From positions 62,001 to 126,000 of IMG/VR virus record IMGVR_UViG_3300032287_003113: DNA of 64,000 nt, one strand, 5' to 3'. The notes under the pieces were generated by a model, which was not told where the DNA came from, searched no databases, and was given only the letters and a program-made list of their open reading frames with translations. Positions 19,414 through 29,597 of this stretch are shown one piece after another; position 1 is the stretch's first letter; each line of letters opens with the position of its first letter. A program made the position numbers and the translations under genes.

Positions 19414-20097
19414 TTAACCAATATCTGCTTCAAGCACAAAATCACGGAAACTGATTTGTCTAAAATTTAATTTATTAACAAGAGCACCCGAACAGTCTGC
19501 TGCAACCGACATCATAATACGTACAAATTCTACATCAGAATAAACATCCATCACAGTTGATAGTGTTTTTACATAAAAAGTATCTTCGGTTGCATTGGTA
19601 TAACCGTCATAGCCCATCAGATAAACTTTTTTGTGTCCGTCAAAGCAGGCCAGGTATGCAGCCAAGGCTCCAGCATCGTATGTTGGGTTTTGTGGGGTTA
19701 AATAAAACTTACCTGGGTATTGTACAATATATTGAGCATTGGTGTAAACGATATGATCGTCACAATAGCCAGACTCTGCAATGGTTTTAACTTTTTCTGC
19801 GTCAACTGCAACTAAAAAATCTGGAGTAAACTCTTGATATATCAAATTACAGGCATAACTTTGTAACTTGTCTCTGGCCAATATTCCGCCTCTGTGATTG
19901 GCAATATGTGCCAAATCAAAATCTTGACGACTGGGTCCATTACCTATTGCAATAGCCTGTGTTGTTGTAAACGAATTAAACACGCTGTTGGCAATATATT
20001 CTGTGCTGGGTTGCCATTCATTGTTGCCAAGTACTAGTTCGGTAACAATGGATTCGCCGGCATAGTTACTGCGATAAAGTTTTTTTATAATTTGCAT
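19414..20097 (-). CDS. Glycosyltransferase-like protein (DUF115/MptE or sialyltransferase-like fold)
   Basis: AIAIGNGPSR...YACN...PDFLVAVD...AG..A...GHKKVYLMGYD. Confidence 0.6.
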   Translation of the reverse strand: MQIIKKLYRSNYAGESIVTELVLGNNEWQPSTEYIANSVFNSFTTTQAIAIGNGPSRQDFDLAHIANHRGGILARDKLQSYACNLIYQEFTPDFLVAVDAEKVKTIAESGYCDDHIVYTNAQYIVQYPGKFYLTPQNPTYDAGALAAYLACFDGHKKVYLMGYDGYTNATEDTFYVKTLSTVMDVYSDVEFVRIMMSVAADCSGALVNKLNFRQISFRDFVLEADIG

Positions 20098-20099
20098 GA

Positions 20100-20789
20100 T
20101 TAATGTTTTCCAACTACTATTTCAATAGTTTTTATATCATTGGCATCAACAGAGTCCAGTGCCTTTCCTAAAATACATCCAGGCGCAAAAGAATCATTGT
20201 CAATCAACTGTGCTACGCCAGGCATATTGCTGGTTACCAATATATCGCCTTTGGCAACTGGTCCTTGTACACGACAAGGAACACGACCAGTCAATGCCAC
20301 TGACACCACTGTGTCGCCTTTCAATGTACCGTTCATTAGATATGCAGGATTTGTACTCACTACACCGGCTACAGCAGTACTGTGTGTTTGTTTGGAAATG
20401 GTAACTTCGTGTTCGCCACCAAATACAACCACTGTGGCAGGCTCATATGGAGCATCGGCTACATAATTTTCTGCTAGGTCGGCGTATTTGGACTGAGAAC
20501 TTACGCCATAAAAGGTGCCAAACCAAGCACTGGAACTGCCAATGTTTACTGCATTGTTGGATGTAGGCAACACGCTGGTTGACACATTAAGTATTGGTAC
20601 TGTAAGGTTGGCCGTGGCATGAATCTGTGGCGCACTTACTTTGGCACTCAATGTGACTGAATTTGCTGTTAGATCAAAACTGGCCACACCAGTGGATCTG
20701 ACCCATGCACCTTTGGTACTGTTATAGGTATAGATAACATTGTTTATTGTGGTTGTTTGATTGTTTGTTGGACTTGATGGAAATGCCAT
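20100..20789 (-). CDS. Short fibre/spike protein with C-terminal intramolecular-chaperone-like domain
   Basis: SKYADLAENY...TVVVFGG...VAGVVSTNPAYLMN...VALTGRVPCRVQGPVAKGD. Confidence 0.7.
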   Translation of the reverse strand: MAFPSSPTNNQTTTINNVIYTYNSTKGAWVRSTGVASFDLTANSVTLSAKVSAPQIHATANLTVPILNVSTSVLPTSNNAVNIGSSSAWFGTFYGVSSQSKYADLAENYVADAPYEPATVVVFGGEHEVTISKQTHSTAVAGVVSTNPAYLMNGTLKGDTVVSVALTGRVPCRVQGPVAKGDILVTSNMPGVAQLIDNDSFAPGCILGKALDSVDANDIKTIEIVVGKH

Positions 20790-20791
20790 GA

Positions 20792-22834
20792 TTAATATCT
20801 CCCTACTGCTATTTCGATAGTTGTTATATCATTGCCGTCATAGTCTTCAAGACTTTTTGCAATTATACAACCTGGTTCATATTTTGTTTTGTCTAAACGT
20901 TCTGCTACACCTGGAATATTGCTGGTAACCAGTCTATCGCCTTTGGCTACTGGTCCACGCACCTGACATGGTACACGGCCTGTGAGTGCCACTGGCAAGC
21001 CAGGTTTGGCAGCATTCATCAGGTATGCTGGATCGGTGCTTACTACTCCAGCTGTTCGCGGATCGTGGCTAACGTCTGTGGTTGTTATTTCTGCGGATCC
21101 ACCAAACACAACTACTGTGCCTGGAGCATATTCCGCATCAGCCACATAGTGTTCTGCTAGGTCAGCATACTTGGCTTGGACGCTGACACCGTACACGTTG
21201 TTCCACCAAGCTGTGGTGGATCCAAGATTGATGGCCAAATTAGATGATGGTACAACAAAACCAGATACTGTGATGTTAGCACAGGTCACTGCACCCAATG
21301 ATGTGGCGCCGGTTACTGTTATGCCTGAAGAAAATGTGTTGGCCTGTGATGCCACAAAACCGCTGGTGTCAACCCACTGGGAGCCAGTGCCATCATATAG
21401 GTATTGGAATACAGTATCACTGGCGCTGTCATACCAGGTGTCGCCAGAATATGGATTGGCTGGTGATGTGGTTCCTGTAAAGTTTGTGACTAATGGTCTA
21501 GTATTACGGAATGCTCCACTACCTACGTTGAGGTTTCCTGTGATTGCAGCTCCACCAGACACCTGCAATGCACCGGTAACGTTGCTGGTACTGGCTGTGG
21601 TATTGGATAGCACCAAGCTACCAAAAATCACATTGCCACGTGTGCCAGAGTTGACACCGCCCAAGGTTTCAGTGGCATCTGCCAAATATTCCAATGCTCC
21701 TGTGGAATTTTCCCATCCCAGGAACGCATGTTTGTCTGCACCTTTGTAGTAGTGGAATCGAACACCGATGTCACGACCATCATCCGACGACAATGCTGCC
21801 AAATTGGCAAATGTGTGTAATTCAATAACTGAGTCAGTGACCGACAAGTTGTTGGAACCAATGGTCACTGTGTTACCCAGCACAGTCAAGTTTCCTTGAA
21901 CTGTCAGCCCGCTTGCATTCCATCCACCAGCTTTGGTTGTTGCTGTACCGGCAAGATTTTCTACGTAAAATTCTAATTCACCGTTGCTGGCGCCTGCACT
22001 GGTTTCTGCCAGAATATAAGTGAATCCGTCAACTGATTTGACTCCACCCAATGAGCTCCAAGCATTACCTGCGCCATAACCTTCAAAACTGCTAATTTGC
22101 GTGTTATATCGTACATGTCCCAGTTGTGGACTGATACTGTTGAGACCACCGCCGGGCCGTTGAGCAGTATTACCTGTTGGCAATGGTACAAACTGTATAT
22201 CACTGTTTAATGTGGTAATGCCATTTAATACACCTGCACTATTACCGCCCAATGGGACTGTGGTGTTACCAAATCTCACGTCAGCTGTGGCCCAACTTGG
22301 TGCATATCCTGCGCCTTCTGAACGCAAGAATGTACCAATTGCACCTGCTGTAATGAAAGTGGTCACGTTGGTGTCTTGCTGAATCATCAACTGACCAGCA
22401 GATCCGCCTGTGATGTTTGTGGCACTGGTCGCTGTGGTGGCTGTACCAACAGTCAGTGCTGATCCAGAAACCCAAGTTGGTGAACTAGTACCACCCGAAA
22501 TAAGAAATTGTCCAGCTGTACCTGCTAGACTTAGGCCCAGTCCAGTTGCAGTACTGTAAGGGACGGCCCCTGCGGCAGCAGTTAATACACTACCAGTTCC
22601 GCCATAGGCCAATGCCACAGCATTACCTTGCCAGAATGATCCACTACTAAAAGTTTTGTTTAATACAGTTTGTGTAGCACCTGTGGTTAATACTGTGGCG
22701 CCGCCGCCTGCTGTAGTTCCGTCGTGTAAACGTAGGGTTTTGGCGTCAGTATCGTAGGTAATTTCACCGGCGGCACCAGTAAAAGCGTTGTTTTGTGTTG
22801 TAGTTCCTCGTCTAAACTGTACTTGGGTTGCCAT
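20792..22834 (-). CDS. Tail fibre-like protein: Mtd-N-like N-terminus and chaperone-like C-terminus
   Basis: QVQFRRGTT...GAAGEITYDTD..TLRLHDG..AGG; C-terminal AKYADLAEHY domain. Confidence 0.75.
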   Translation of the reverse strand: MATQVQFRRGTTTQNNAFTGAAGEITYDTDAKTLRLHDGTTAGGGATVLTTGATQTVLNKTFSSGSFWQGNAVALAYGGTGSVLTAAAGAVPYSTATGLGLSLAGTAGQFLISGGTSSPTWVSGSALTVGTATTATSATNITGGSAGQLMIQQDTNVTTFITAGAIGTFLRSEGAGYAPSWATADVRFGNTTVPLGGNSAGVLNGITTLNSDIQFVPLPTGNTAQRPGGGLNSISPQLGHVRYNTQISSFEGYGAGNAWSSLGGVKSVDGFTYILAETSAGASNGELEFYVENLAGTATTKAGGWNASGLTVQGNLTVLGNTVTIGSNNLSVTDSVIELHTFANLAALSSDDGRDIGVRFHYYKGADKHAFLGWENSTGALEYLADATETLGGVNSGTRGNVIFGSLVLSNTTASTSNVTGALQVSGGAAITGNLNVGSGAFRNTRPLVTNFTGTTSPANPYSGDTWYDSASDTVFQYLYDGTGSQWVDTSGFVASQANTFSSGITVTGATSLGAVTCANITVSGFVVPSSNLAINLGSTTAWWNNVYGVSVQAKYADLAEHYVADAEYAPGTVVVFGGSAEITTTDVSHDPRTAGVVSTDPAYLMNAAKPGLPVALTGRVPCQVRGPVAKGDRLVTSNIPGVAERLDKTKYEPGCIIAKSLEDYDGNDITTIEIAVGRY

Positions 22835-22852
22835 GTTCTTCCTCTGTTTCTA

Positions 22853-22859
22853 TATTTAT
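22853..22859 (-). promoter_or_regulatory. Late promoter
   Basis: CATAAATA...AGGA...ATG 22834. Confidence 0.65.
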
Positions 22860-22865
22860 GCTCGA

Positions 22866-25730
22866 TTACGCCTGTGCTTCCGACCAGAACAAGTTAACAT
22901 TGACTGACGCAGTATTTGTACTGCTTAGATTTTTTACAACCACTGCTAATACGTCTGGGCCGTCAGGGAAATTACTGTATCCGCCAATGGCAGAGTTTGT
23001 TAATTCTTTCAGCTGACTTAGGTCAATCTCAGAAAAACCATTAGGTTGTCCCAAAGTACTAAAGTTTTGTTCTCCGGGCGTGGCAGCTGTGCTGGTACTG
23101 GTGCTGATCTGAGCAAAACTTGGCTGACTTCCCAGTGCTGTACTATTAACTGCTGTCCAGGTCAATGAGCTGGCATCAATGTTTCCTGGATTTAAAATAC
23201 CGTATACCTGAACAGATTGATCAGCTTGCACCTGCAATTTTTGTAGCAACAACTGTGAACGGTTAATAAGATCTCTGTCTCCAAATGCACCTGCAATTGA
23301 GTTTGATACGCTGGGCGCCAAACGCAAGAAAAATGCTGTTTCACTTTGGCTGGCAAGAATGGTGTTGTTCAATGAGGTATAGTTAAAGTAGTATCCGCGA
23401 TCACTGTCATAACTACCGTCCATAATATAACTGGAGCCCCAGTGGTTAACAATTGGGGAACAGGTACAACTAATCAATGTAACCGCTGTGTAACCGTTAC
23501 CTATGGCATGACTGGCAGCTGTTCCGCCGGTGAAAGTTTTGTTAGATCCGCCCACAAACATCTGAAAGCTGGCACCACGAGTTAACCCAGTTAACGTATT
23601 AACGTTTTTTCCTGTATATGTCATAACTTCGTTATCTACCATTATGGTTCCCCCGGTGGCTGGAAAGCGGCTGGCATCGTATAAATCAATTGATGTAACA
23701 CTGGAATTCATTGCTGTGGCCAATCGATCTCTAGCACTTTCGTTGATGGCTTGATAACGTACTGTTGAGTTACCGGTACGCATGTATGCTTCATCATTGA
23801 TGTTGTTTTGTTTCATACGATGGGCAAGAATCATGTTGCCGTCAGGACCACGTAGCATAAAATCAATAAAGCCAGCACCGTACCAACTGAAACTGATTCC
23901 CAACATCTGCATTTTGTTTAGGTTAATATCATAACCACTAATACCGTTGCCATCTAAGGTATCAAAATTAAATTGACTTTGTGGTGTGCGGCGATCAATA
24001 ACTGCAGCTATCTTGACACTACTTGCATTGTTGACTCCGCGATATTCTGGATTGATAGTCATGGTATTGTCGTCGGTAATGCTGCCAACCATATAAGTCA
24101 TACCACGTATGACTATGCGATCGCCTGTTTTTAACTGTTGCGTAAAACGACAGTTGGTTCCAGCCACTGACTGACTGCCGGCGGTGACACTGACAAAACC
24201 CGACAACTGATAGGTGGCACTACGTTTGACCACTGCCAATTCAATACCGTCATATTCCCAAAACAATCCGTTTTGATCATCGAATGCACCAACACGGGTT
24301 GTAGCTCCGTGCCAATTTTTTACAGTCACACGTGGTAAGTTGGTAATTACCGCCGATGTACTACCCAAAGTCGTTGTAGCTGTAAGAGTGAACACGCTTT
24401 CACTAGTGACACCAACCACACCATAGGTACCGTTGTAACCCGAAGTGACCACACCAGATATTTCTATTGTGGCTCCGGCCTGTAAGCCGTGATCTGTTTC
24501 TGTGGTTACAGTGATTGTGCTTCCAGCTGAGGTTCCTGTTGCACTGATTTGATCCAAGTTAATAACTGGATTGAACAGCACCCCTGATGTCCACAAGATG
24601 CCTTTACCTGATTGGTAACGCATGTATTTTTTGGTTTGACGTGATACTGACGCACCATGGCTAGGCAAGAATGTGCCTACGTTAATACCGCCATCAAATG
24701 GTCTGTGTTGAATAAACGCATCACTGCGTGTGAAAGTTGTGGCTGATATGGCTGCGTTGGCCACAGCGCCGCCCACTCGTGCAGTAAATGTAAATGTGGT
24801 TGCAGTCGGAACTGTTTCAACAAAAAAGTTACCACCCATGAGAGTGTGGTTGCTGCCTGAACTACTGACTACGTTGACGATCGGTGCACCCGGAACCAGC
24901 CCGTGTGCTGCTGAGGTAGTCACTGTGATTGTGCTTGGACTTGATGCGTTGCTGACATATCCTGAAACTGGCATGGCTGATCCGGCATAAAAACCTCCGC
25001 GTCGCCCATATGTACTGCCTGTGAATATAGAAGCTCCTGCGGTGCCCACAAGGCCTTTGGCAAAATATGTAAATGATGTTGAACTAGGGACTGTGGCTAC
25101 CACAAACGCACCCTCGGCACGTGCAGCATTACTAACGTTGCCAAGACCGTGTGTTATCACTGGCTGTGCAACACTTAGTCCATGATCGGCACTACAAGTC
25201 ACTGTGATAATACTGGGGTTTCCGCCATCGGTGATGATAGCAGTGACAAACAAATCTAATCCAGGTTTTTCATATATACCCGGAATATTACGAATGTCGG
25301 TGTAGTTTTGCCACTTGGTTGGTTGCAGGCCGTATTCAAAGTCAGCATCAATCAAACTTTGTGGATTGGCCACACGTTGGCGTTCAATGGCATCAACACC
25401 GAAAGCATAAGGTCTAACCACATTACCAATCTGTTTTGGAGCATCAGAGTAGATAGCAATGGCATCCGAGCTCAACATGGCCGATGTGTCAGCACTGAAT
25501 GTCACTGTGCTTACTCCGTTCTGTTCTGAATAGAACGTGGTATTGTCATCAGGGTCGTAACTGATGGTTCCATTTTTGGTAGGATCTCCAATGGCGTAGA
25601 TATTGGTCTGTTGTGTTTTGTTGGCAATGATCAACAGCTGAGTTAGATCAACTTTGCCCGGAAACTTTAATGTTCCTGCCCCTGCTGTGTTGGGACTAAA
25701 AATATACTTTTCTATCAGTTGGCGTGCCAT
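22866..25730 (-). CDS. Large virion structural protein (fibre/baseplate-associated) with three internal beta repeats
   Basis: 954 aa; ITVT(C/T)...HGL repeat x3; S/T/G-rich. Confidence 0.65.
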   Translation of the reverse strand: MARQLIEKYIFSPNTAGAGTLKFPGKVDLTQLLIIANKTQQTNIYAIGDPTKNGTISYDPDDNTTFYSEQNGVSTVTFSADTSAMLSSDAIAIYSDAPKQIGNVVRPYAFGVDAIERQRVANPQSLIDADFEYGLQPTKWQNYTDIRNIPGIYEKPGLDLFVTAIITDGGNPSIITVTCSADHGLSVAQPVITHGLGNVSNAARAEGAFVVATVPSSTSFTYFAKGLVGTAGASIFTGSTYGRRGGFYAGSAMPVSGYVSNASSPSTITVTTSAAHGLVPGAPIVNVVSSSGSNHTLMGGNFFVETVPTATTFTFTARVGGAVANAAISATTFTRSDAFIQHRPFDGGINVGTFLPSHGASVSRQTKKYMRYQSGKGILWTSGVLFNPVINLDQISATGTSAGSTITVTTETDHGLQAGATIEISGVVTSGYNGTYGVVGVTSESVFTLTATTTLGSTSAVITNLPRVTVKNWHGATTRVGAFDDQNGLFWEYDGIELAVVKRSATYQLSGFVSVTAGSQSVAGTNCRFTQQLKTGDRIVIRGMTYMVGSITDDNTMTINPEYRGVNNASSVKIAAVIDRRTPQSQFNFDTLDGNGISGYDINLNKMQMLGISFSWYGAGFIDFMLRGPDGNMILAHRMKQNNINDEAYMRTGNSTVRYQAINESARDRLATAMNSSVTSIDLYDASRFPATGGTIMVDNEVMTYTGKNVNTLTGLTRGASFQMFVGGSNKTFTGGTAASHAIGNGYTAVTLISCTCSPIVNHWGSSYIMDGSYDSDRGYYFNYTSLNNTILASQSETAFFLRLAPSVSNSIAGAFGDRDLINRSQLLLQKLQVQADQSVQVYGILNPGNIDASSLTWTAVNSTALGSQPSFAQISTSTSTAATPGEQNFSTLGQPNGFSEIDLSQLKELTNSAIGGYSNFPDGPDVLAVVVKNLSSTNTASVNVNLFWSEAQA

Positions 25731-25738
25731 GTTTTTCC

Positions 25739-26458
25739 TTAAAATCCAAAAATAATTGAGTAACCCAAATAATCCGACTTGATTGATTGGTCTATGTTAT
25801 TTAACGAAATAATACCTGTGAAACTTAAAACACCCAGGTCGTAGATGTTGTTGGTTACATCCGCAACCGATCCTTCATCTTCTGTGATAGTCAACACCAA
25901 ATCAGTGACATAACCCAAATCGCTTTGACTTGACGCAAACACCGCAGATGCTACTACAGCATTTGAGTCAGCGTTGACCCAGTTGGTGCCGTCATAGGTC
26001 AACACCTGTTGTACTTGTGGACTGCTTAAATTTACATCAGATAGACTTTCTAAACTTCCTGTTTCTACTGTCTGCCATTGTACTCCAGAACCGGTGCTAA
26101 CCAGTAGTTGTCCATTGAGTCCAGCATTGCCGTTGTAATCTCTCAAGCGAGCACTGACTATCAAATTGCCGGTGGCTGTGACATTACTGGCCGTGACGGC
26201 CCCGCTGACAGTTAATGTATTTCCGGTGGGATTAAAAGTTAATCCTGCACTATTGACCAACACATTGGCTGTGCCCAGATACGCAACGCCGTTGACGGTG
26301 CTTCCGTTGACTGCAGAATTAATTCTAGTGATTGTGTTTGCTGAAGTTTTATACCAGAGTACACCGTCGGTGTAGTTGATTGTGACTTCACCGTACTCTA
26401 ATGTTGTCGGGACCTTGCCGGCCACCGAACTGCGTTTTAATAAAACTGTGTTTGGCAT
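25739..26458 (-). CDS. Fibre-associated structural protein
   Basis: MPNTVLLKRSS..GKVP..L.YGE..IN..DG N-terminal module; LSDV...QVLTYDGTNWVN. Confidence 0.65.
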   Translation of the reverse strand: MPNTVLLKRSSVAGKVPTTLEYGEVTINYTDGVLWYKTSANTITRINSAVNGSTVNGVAYLGTANVLVNSAGLTFNPTGNTLTVSGAVTASNVTATGNLIVSARLRDYNGNAGLNGQLLVSTGSGVQWQTVETGSLESLSDVNLSSPQVQQVLTYDGTNWVNADSNAVVASAVFASSQSDLGYVTDLVLTITEDEGSVADVTNNIYDLGVLSFTGIISLNNIDQSIKSDYLGYSIIFGF

Positions 26459-26487
26459 CTATTAACCTAAAAAGGCCCGTTATATAT

Positions 26488-26528
26488 GTTGGTAAAAACC
26501 AACTGCTAGAGGATAAAAATCCTCTAGC
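26488..26528 (-). other. Tandem hairpin pair, both with UUUU loops
   Basis: GTTGGT-AAAA-ACCAAC (26488-26503) and GCTAGAGGAT-AAAA-ATCCTCTAGC (26505-26528), written on +. Confidence 0.7.
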
Positions 26529-26535
26529 TCAAATT

Positions 26536-28605
26536 TTAATAAGTACCACCATCAATGGTAGCACTGGTACTCAATGCATCAGTAATTCCGTAACCGGTCA
26601 ATGTGGTTGGTATTGCTGTCAACGAAGCAAACGGCAGACTGATTGCTGTGTTGGCCAAAGTGGCCACACGGCCATATGCATCTGTTGTTATAACTGGTAT
26701 ATAGTTTGCACTACCAACTGTGGTTGCACCCGGTCCGGCGGCTGTTAGATTGATTGCTCCAGCGGAAATAGTCAGATTACCAGCACCACTACTGGTACTG
26801 ACTACACGATTGCTGCTGTCATATAAAGTCTGAGCATACAGGCTACTATTGATAGCTGTGTTACCACCAACTGTCAATACAGTGGCAGCTGTGTTGCTTA
26901 GAGTCAAACTACCAAATTGTACGTTACCTAAAGTTCCTGTGACGTTACTGCTGACTTCTGCTGCGTTGGCAAAGTACACCAAAGTTTCAGTGTTGTTTTC
27001 CCAACCTAAAAATGCATGTTTGTCTGCACCTTTGTAGTAATGGAAGCGTAAACCAATGTCTCTGCCGTCATCTGATATCAATGGTGCACCATTGGCAAAT
27101 GTATGTAGTCCAATGATTGAGTCAGTGACTGTCAAATTGTTGGAACCAATGGTAACTGTGTTACCTTGTATGGTCAAGTTTCCGCCAACTGTGACATCAC
27201 CTGATGTAATCAAACTAGATAATGTACCTACGCTTGTGATATTGGGTTGTGCAGCTGTGCTGAGGGTACCTGTTAATGTAGCCCCCGAGTTACCAATAGT
27301 ACCGGCTTGTACTGTACTGGCAATAATTGTTCCACTGCTGGTTACAGCACCAACAGCCAGTGACGTTAATGTACCAACTGCGGTAATACTAGTGTAAGAT
27401 CCAGATATTCGAGCACTCGGAACTGTGCCGCTGGACAAGTTACTTGCATTTAATGATGTGAGATATGTACCGGTACCAACCAGATTGGCACCAATGTTAC
27501 CAATTGTACCTGCATTAACTGTACTTGCAATTATGGTTCCACTACTTGTGACTGCTCCAACTGCCAAACTTGTTAGTGTACCAACCGAGGTAATGTTGGT
27601 TTGAGCTGCTGTACTTAATGTACCTGTTAAGGTAGCACCTGTGTTACCAATGGTAGCCGCACGTACTGTGGTGGAATCAATGGTTGTAATATATCCATTG
27701 GTTGTGCTAATACTAGCACCAGTAAAGGTTGAGTTTAAGTTACCAAATGCCGCAGCATATACGCTGTTGAATGTGCCCGAGGTAGAATATAAAGCGCCGG
27801 TGCTGGGATTATAAGAAAGTGTAGCAGCCGAAAAACTTCCAGTATTACCTGAAGTTTTATCTGACAGCATGGGATAAAATATGGCATTAGTGGTTGATGC
27901 TGTGACACTTTCGTATAGGCTTACGTTGGCTGTTGCAACTGTTCCACTACCCGATATAGTGATAGTACTGCCACTTACGCTGGTAGCAATACCATTCGAT
28001 CCATTGACAGTTAATGTGCCACCACCGGCCACACTTCCAGATCCAGTGTTACCTGCCAAACTGATTGTGGTGCTGACTGCATTGGTTGTTAAACTGGTAA
28101 CACGTCCTTTGGCATCAACCACAATAGTGGGAATACTTGTGGCACTACCGTAGTTGCCAGCAGTCACGCCGGTGTTTGTTAAACTGAATCCAACTGTGCC
28201 GACTGTGGCGTTGGCAGTGATTTCTGTTGTGTTTGCTGCATTGGTCACTGCCACTGTGTTGACAGCAATGTTACCAGCAGCTGTTATTAAACCTTTGCCG
28301 TTGACAGTGACAAAAGGAATCTGGCCGTTTGCGCCACCCCAAGTGCCTGTGTTTGAGTTTACTGTGGCTAAAGTTACTGCCAAATTACTATAGTTACCGC
28401 CAGCAGCAGGATTAGTACTTGTGCCTGTGGCATCACCGCTGAGCGTGATTTTGTCATTTTGTGTCAGGTCTACGATTGCACTACCGGTGGTGGTATATAA
28501 ACGCCCGTCTGTGCTGTTTATGCTTAACTCGCCCAGTGACAAGTTTGCTGTGAACGGCACCTTTCCCGCGGTACTAGCTCTTTTTAATAATATTGTATTT
28601 GGCAT
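26536..28605 (-). CDS. Tail fibre-like protein with internal repeats
   Basis: Same N-terminal module as 25739..26458; TLTGTLSTAAQ.NITSVGTL repeats; V.VDAKGRVT motifs; ends IDGGTY. Confidence 0.7.
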   Translation of the reverse strand: MPNTILLKRASTAGKVPFTANLSLGELSINSTDGRLYTTTGSAIVDLTQNDKITLSGDATGTSTNPAAGGNYSNLAVTLATVNSNTGTWGGANGQIPFVTVNGKGLITAAGNIAVNTVAVTNAANTTEITANATVGTVGFSLTNTGVTAGNYGSATSIPTIVVDAKGRVTSLTTNAVSTTISLAGNTGSGSVAGGGTLTVNGSNGIATSVSGSTITISGSGTVATANVSLYESVTASTTNAIFYPMLSDKTSGNTGSFSAATLSYNPSTGALYSTSGTFNSVYAAAFGNLNSTFTGASISTTNGYITTIDSTTVRAATIGNTGATLTGTLSTAAQTNITSVGTLTSLAVGAVTSSGTIIASTVNAGTIGNIGANLVGTGTYLTSLNASNLSSGTVPSARISGSYTSITAVGTLTSLAVGAVTSSGTIIASTVQAGTIGNSGATLTGTLSTAAQPNITSVGTLSSLITSGDVTVGGNLTIQGNTVTIGSNNLTVTDSIIGLHTFANGAPLISDDGRDIGLRFHYYKGADKHAFLGWENNTETLVYFANAAEVSSNVTGTLGNVQFGSLTLSNTAATVLTVGGNTAINSSLYAQTLYDSSNRVVSTSSGAGNLTISAGAINLTAAGPGATTVGSANYIPVITTDAYGRVATLANTAISLPFASLTAIPTTLTGYGITDALSTSATIDGGTY

Positions 28606-28620
28606 CTTCTAATCCTGTTT

Positions 28621-29511
28621 TTAAAAACTACCACCATCCATCACTTCTGACCCGTTGATTATCTTAACCCAGTCGGTCCATGCACTCGTACTGTATTTGC
28701 TACGGGTCCAAAAAACATTGGGACCGGTGGCATTGTCATACGGTCTGTAATTCTGTGTTATACTCACATTTCCTGTGTTTATAACTTCTAGTTGTCCAGT
28801 AAAATTCAGCGTGTTTAGCGGTGTATTGCTAGTTCCTGCCCAACTATCTCTATTTATCAAATATACGCCCATAACAGTCAGCGTGTTCCAGTCGTTCATG
28901 TCGTTGCCGCGATCTTGGAATATGTTTGTGGCTGAAATGTTGCCGCCGACGTACAAGTTTCCGGATATGCCGGCACCGCCGATGACCTGCAATGCGCCTG
29001 TTGAAGTGCTTGTGCTTGTACTTCCAGAGTTGGCTACTAAATTACCAAATGTACCTGATGCTTGACCTGCTGAGGTTCCTGTAATACTAAAACTAGCGCC
29101 AGCGGGGTTAGATAATATTAATGTGTTGGCATCGGGGCTGGAAATTGTTGCGCCACCAAGATAAATTGTTGTGCCACTTAACCAAAGATCTTTCCACCGC
29201 TGTGTCGGGCCACCCAGGTTATATGTGACATTTGCACCGGGTAACAATGATCCTGTGGTGACGTTTGCGTATCTGGTTACAGCAATATTTGAGTCTGTTG
29301 CTCCGCTGTTACTGGTAAATGCTGTTACAAAAGTGTTGCCCGACTCGTTCCAATACAAGGCCACATTACTGATTAAACCGTTGGCACGATTCATTAAGAA
29401 ACCAACGTCTATGTTGGCAGAAGTTGCTCCGCCGTTGAGAACTGTTATTGGGTCCGTCAACGATGTGATTGCGGTGTTAAATTGTCCTATTTTTGGTCGA
29501 GTTAATGCCAT
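28621..29511 (-). CDS. Fibre-like protein with knob-like C-terminus
   Basis: MALTRPK N-terminus; STSTGALQVIGGAGISGNLYVGG; DWNTL...GVY...LEV...QNY...FWTR...WTDW knob pattern. Confidence 0.65.
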   Translation of the reverse strand: MALTRPKIGQFNTAITSLTDPITVLNGGATSANIDVGFLMNRANGLISNVALYWNESGNTFVTAFTSNSGATDSNIAVTRYANVTTGSLLPGANVTYNLGGPTQRWKDLWLSGTTIYLGGATISSPDANTLILSNPAGASFSITGTSAGQASGTFGNLVANSGSTSTSTSTGALQVIGGAGISGNLYVGGNISATNIFQDRGNDMNDWNTLTVMGVYLINRDSWAGTSNTPLNTLNFTGQLEVINTGNVSITQNYRPYDNATGPNVFWTRSKYSTSAWTDWVKIINGSEVMDGGSF

Positions 29512-29536
29512 TCGTTAAAATCCGTGATATATTGTA

Positions 29537-29578
29537 TATTTATCGGAAAAAACAAAAGGGCCCAAAGGCCCTTTGTTT
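29537..29578 (-). terminator. Intrinsic terminator followed by a late promoter
   Basis: AAAGGGCC-loop-GGCCCTTT plus U-tract (29547-29578); ATAAATA at 29537-29543. Confidence 0.75.
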
Positions 29579-29597
29579 GTGGTTGTTTTAACAGTTG

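Noticed and set aside
20792-22834. Diversity-generating retroelement suggested by the Mtd-N-like domain
   Set aside because: No reverse transcriptase and no template/variable repeat pair with adenine-specific differences in the window; the repeats between fibre genes differ mostly at synonymous positions.
27200-27660. CRISPR-like or non-coding repeat array
   Set aside because: The repeats are degenerate in-frame protein repeats within a fibre gene. No CRISPR array was seen anywhere in the window.
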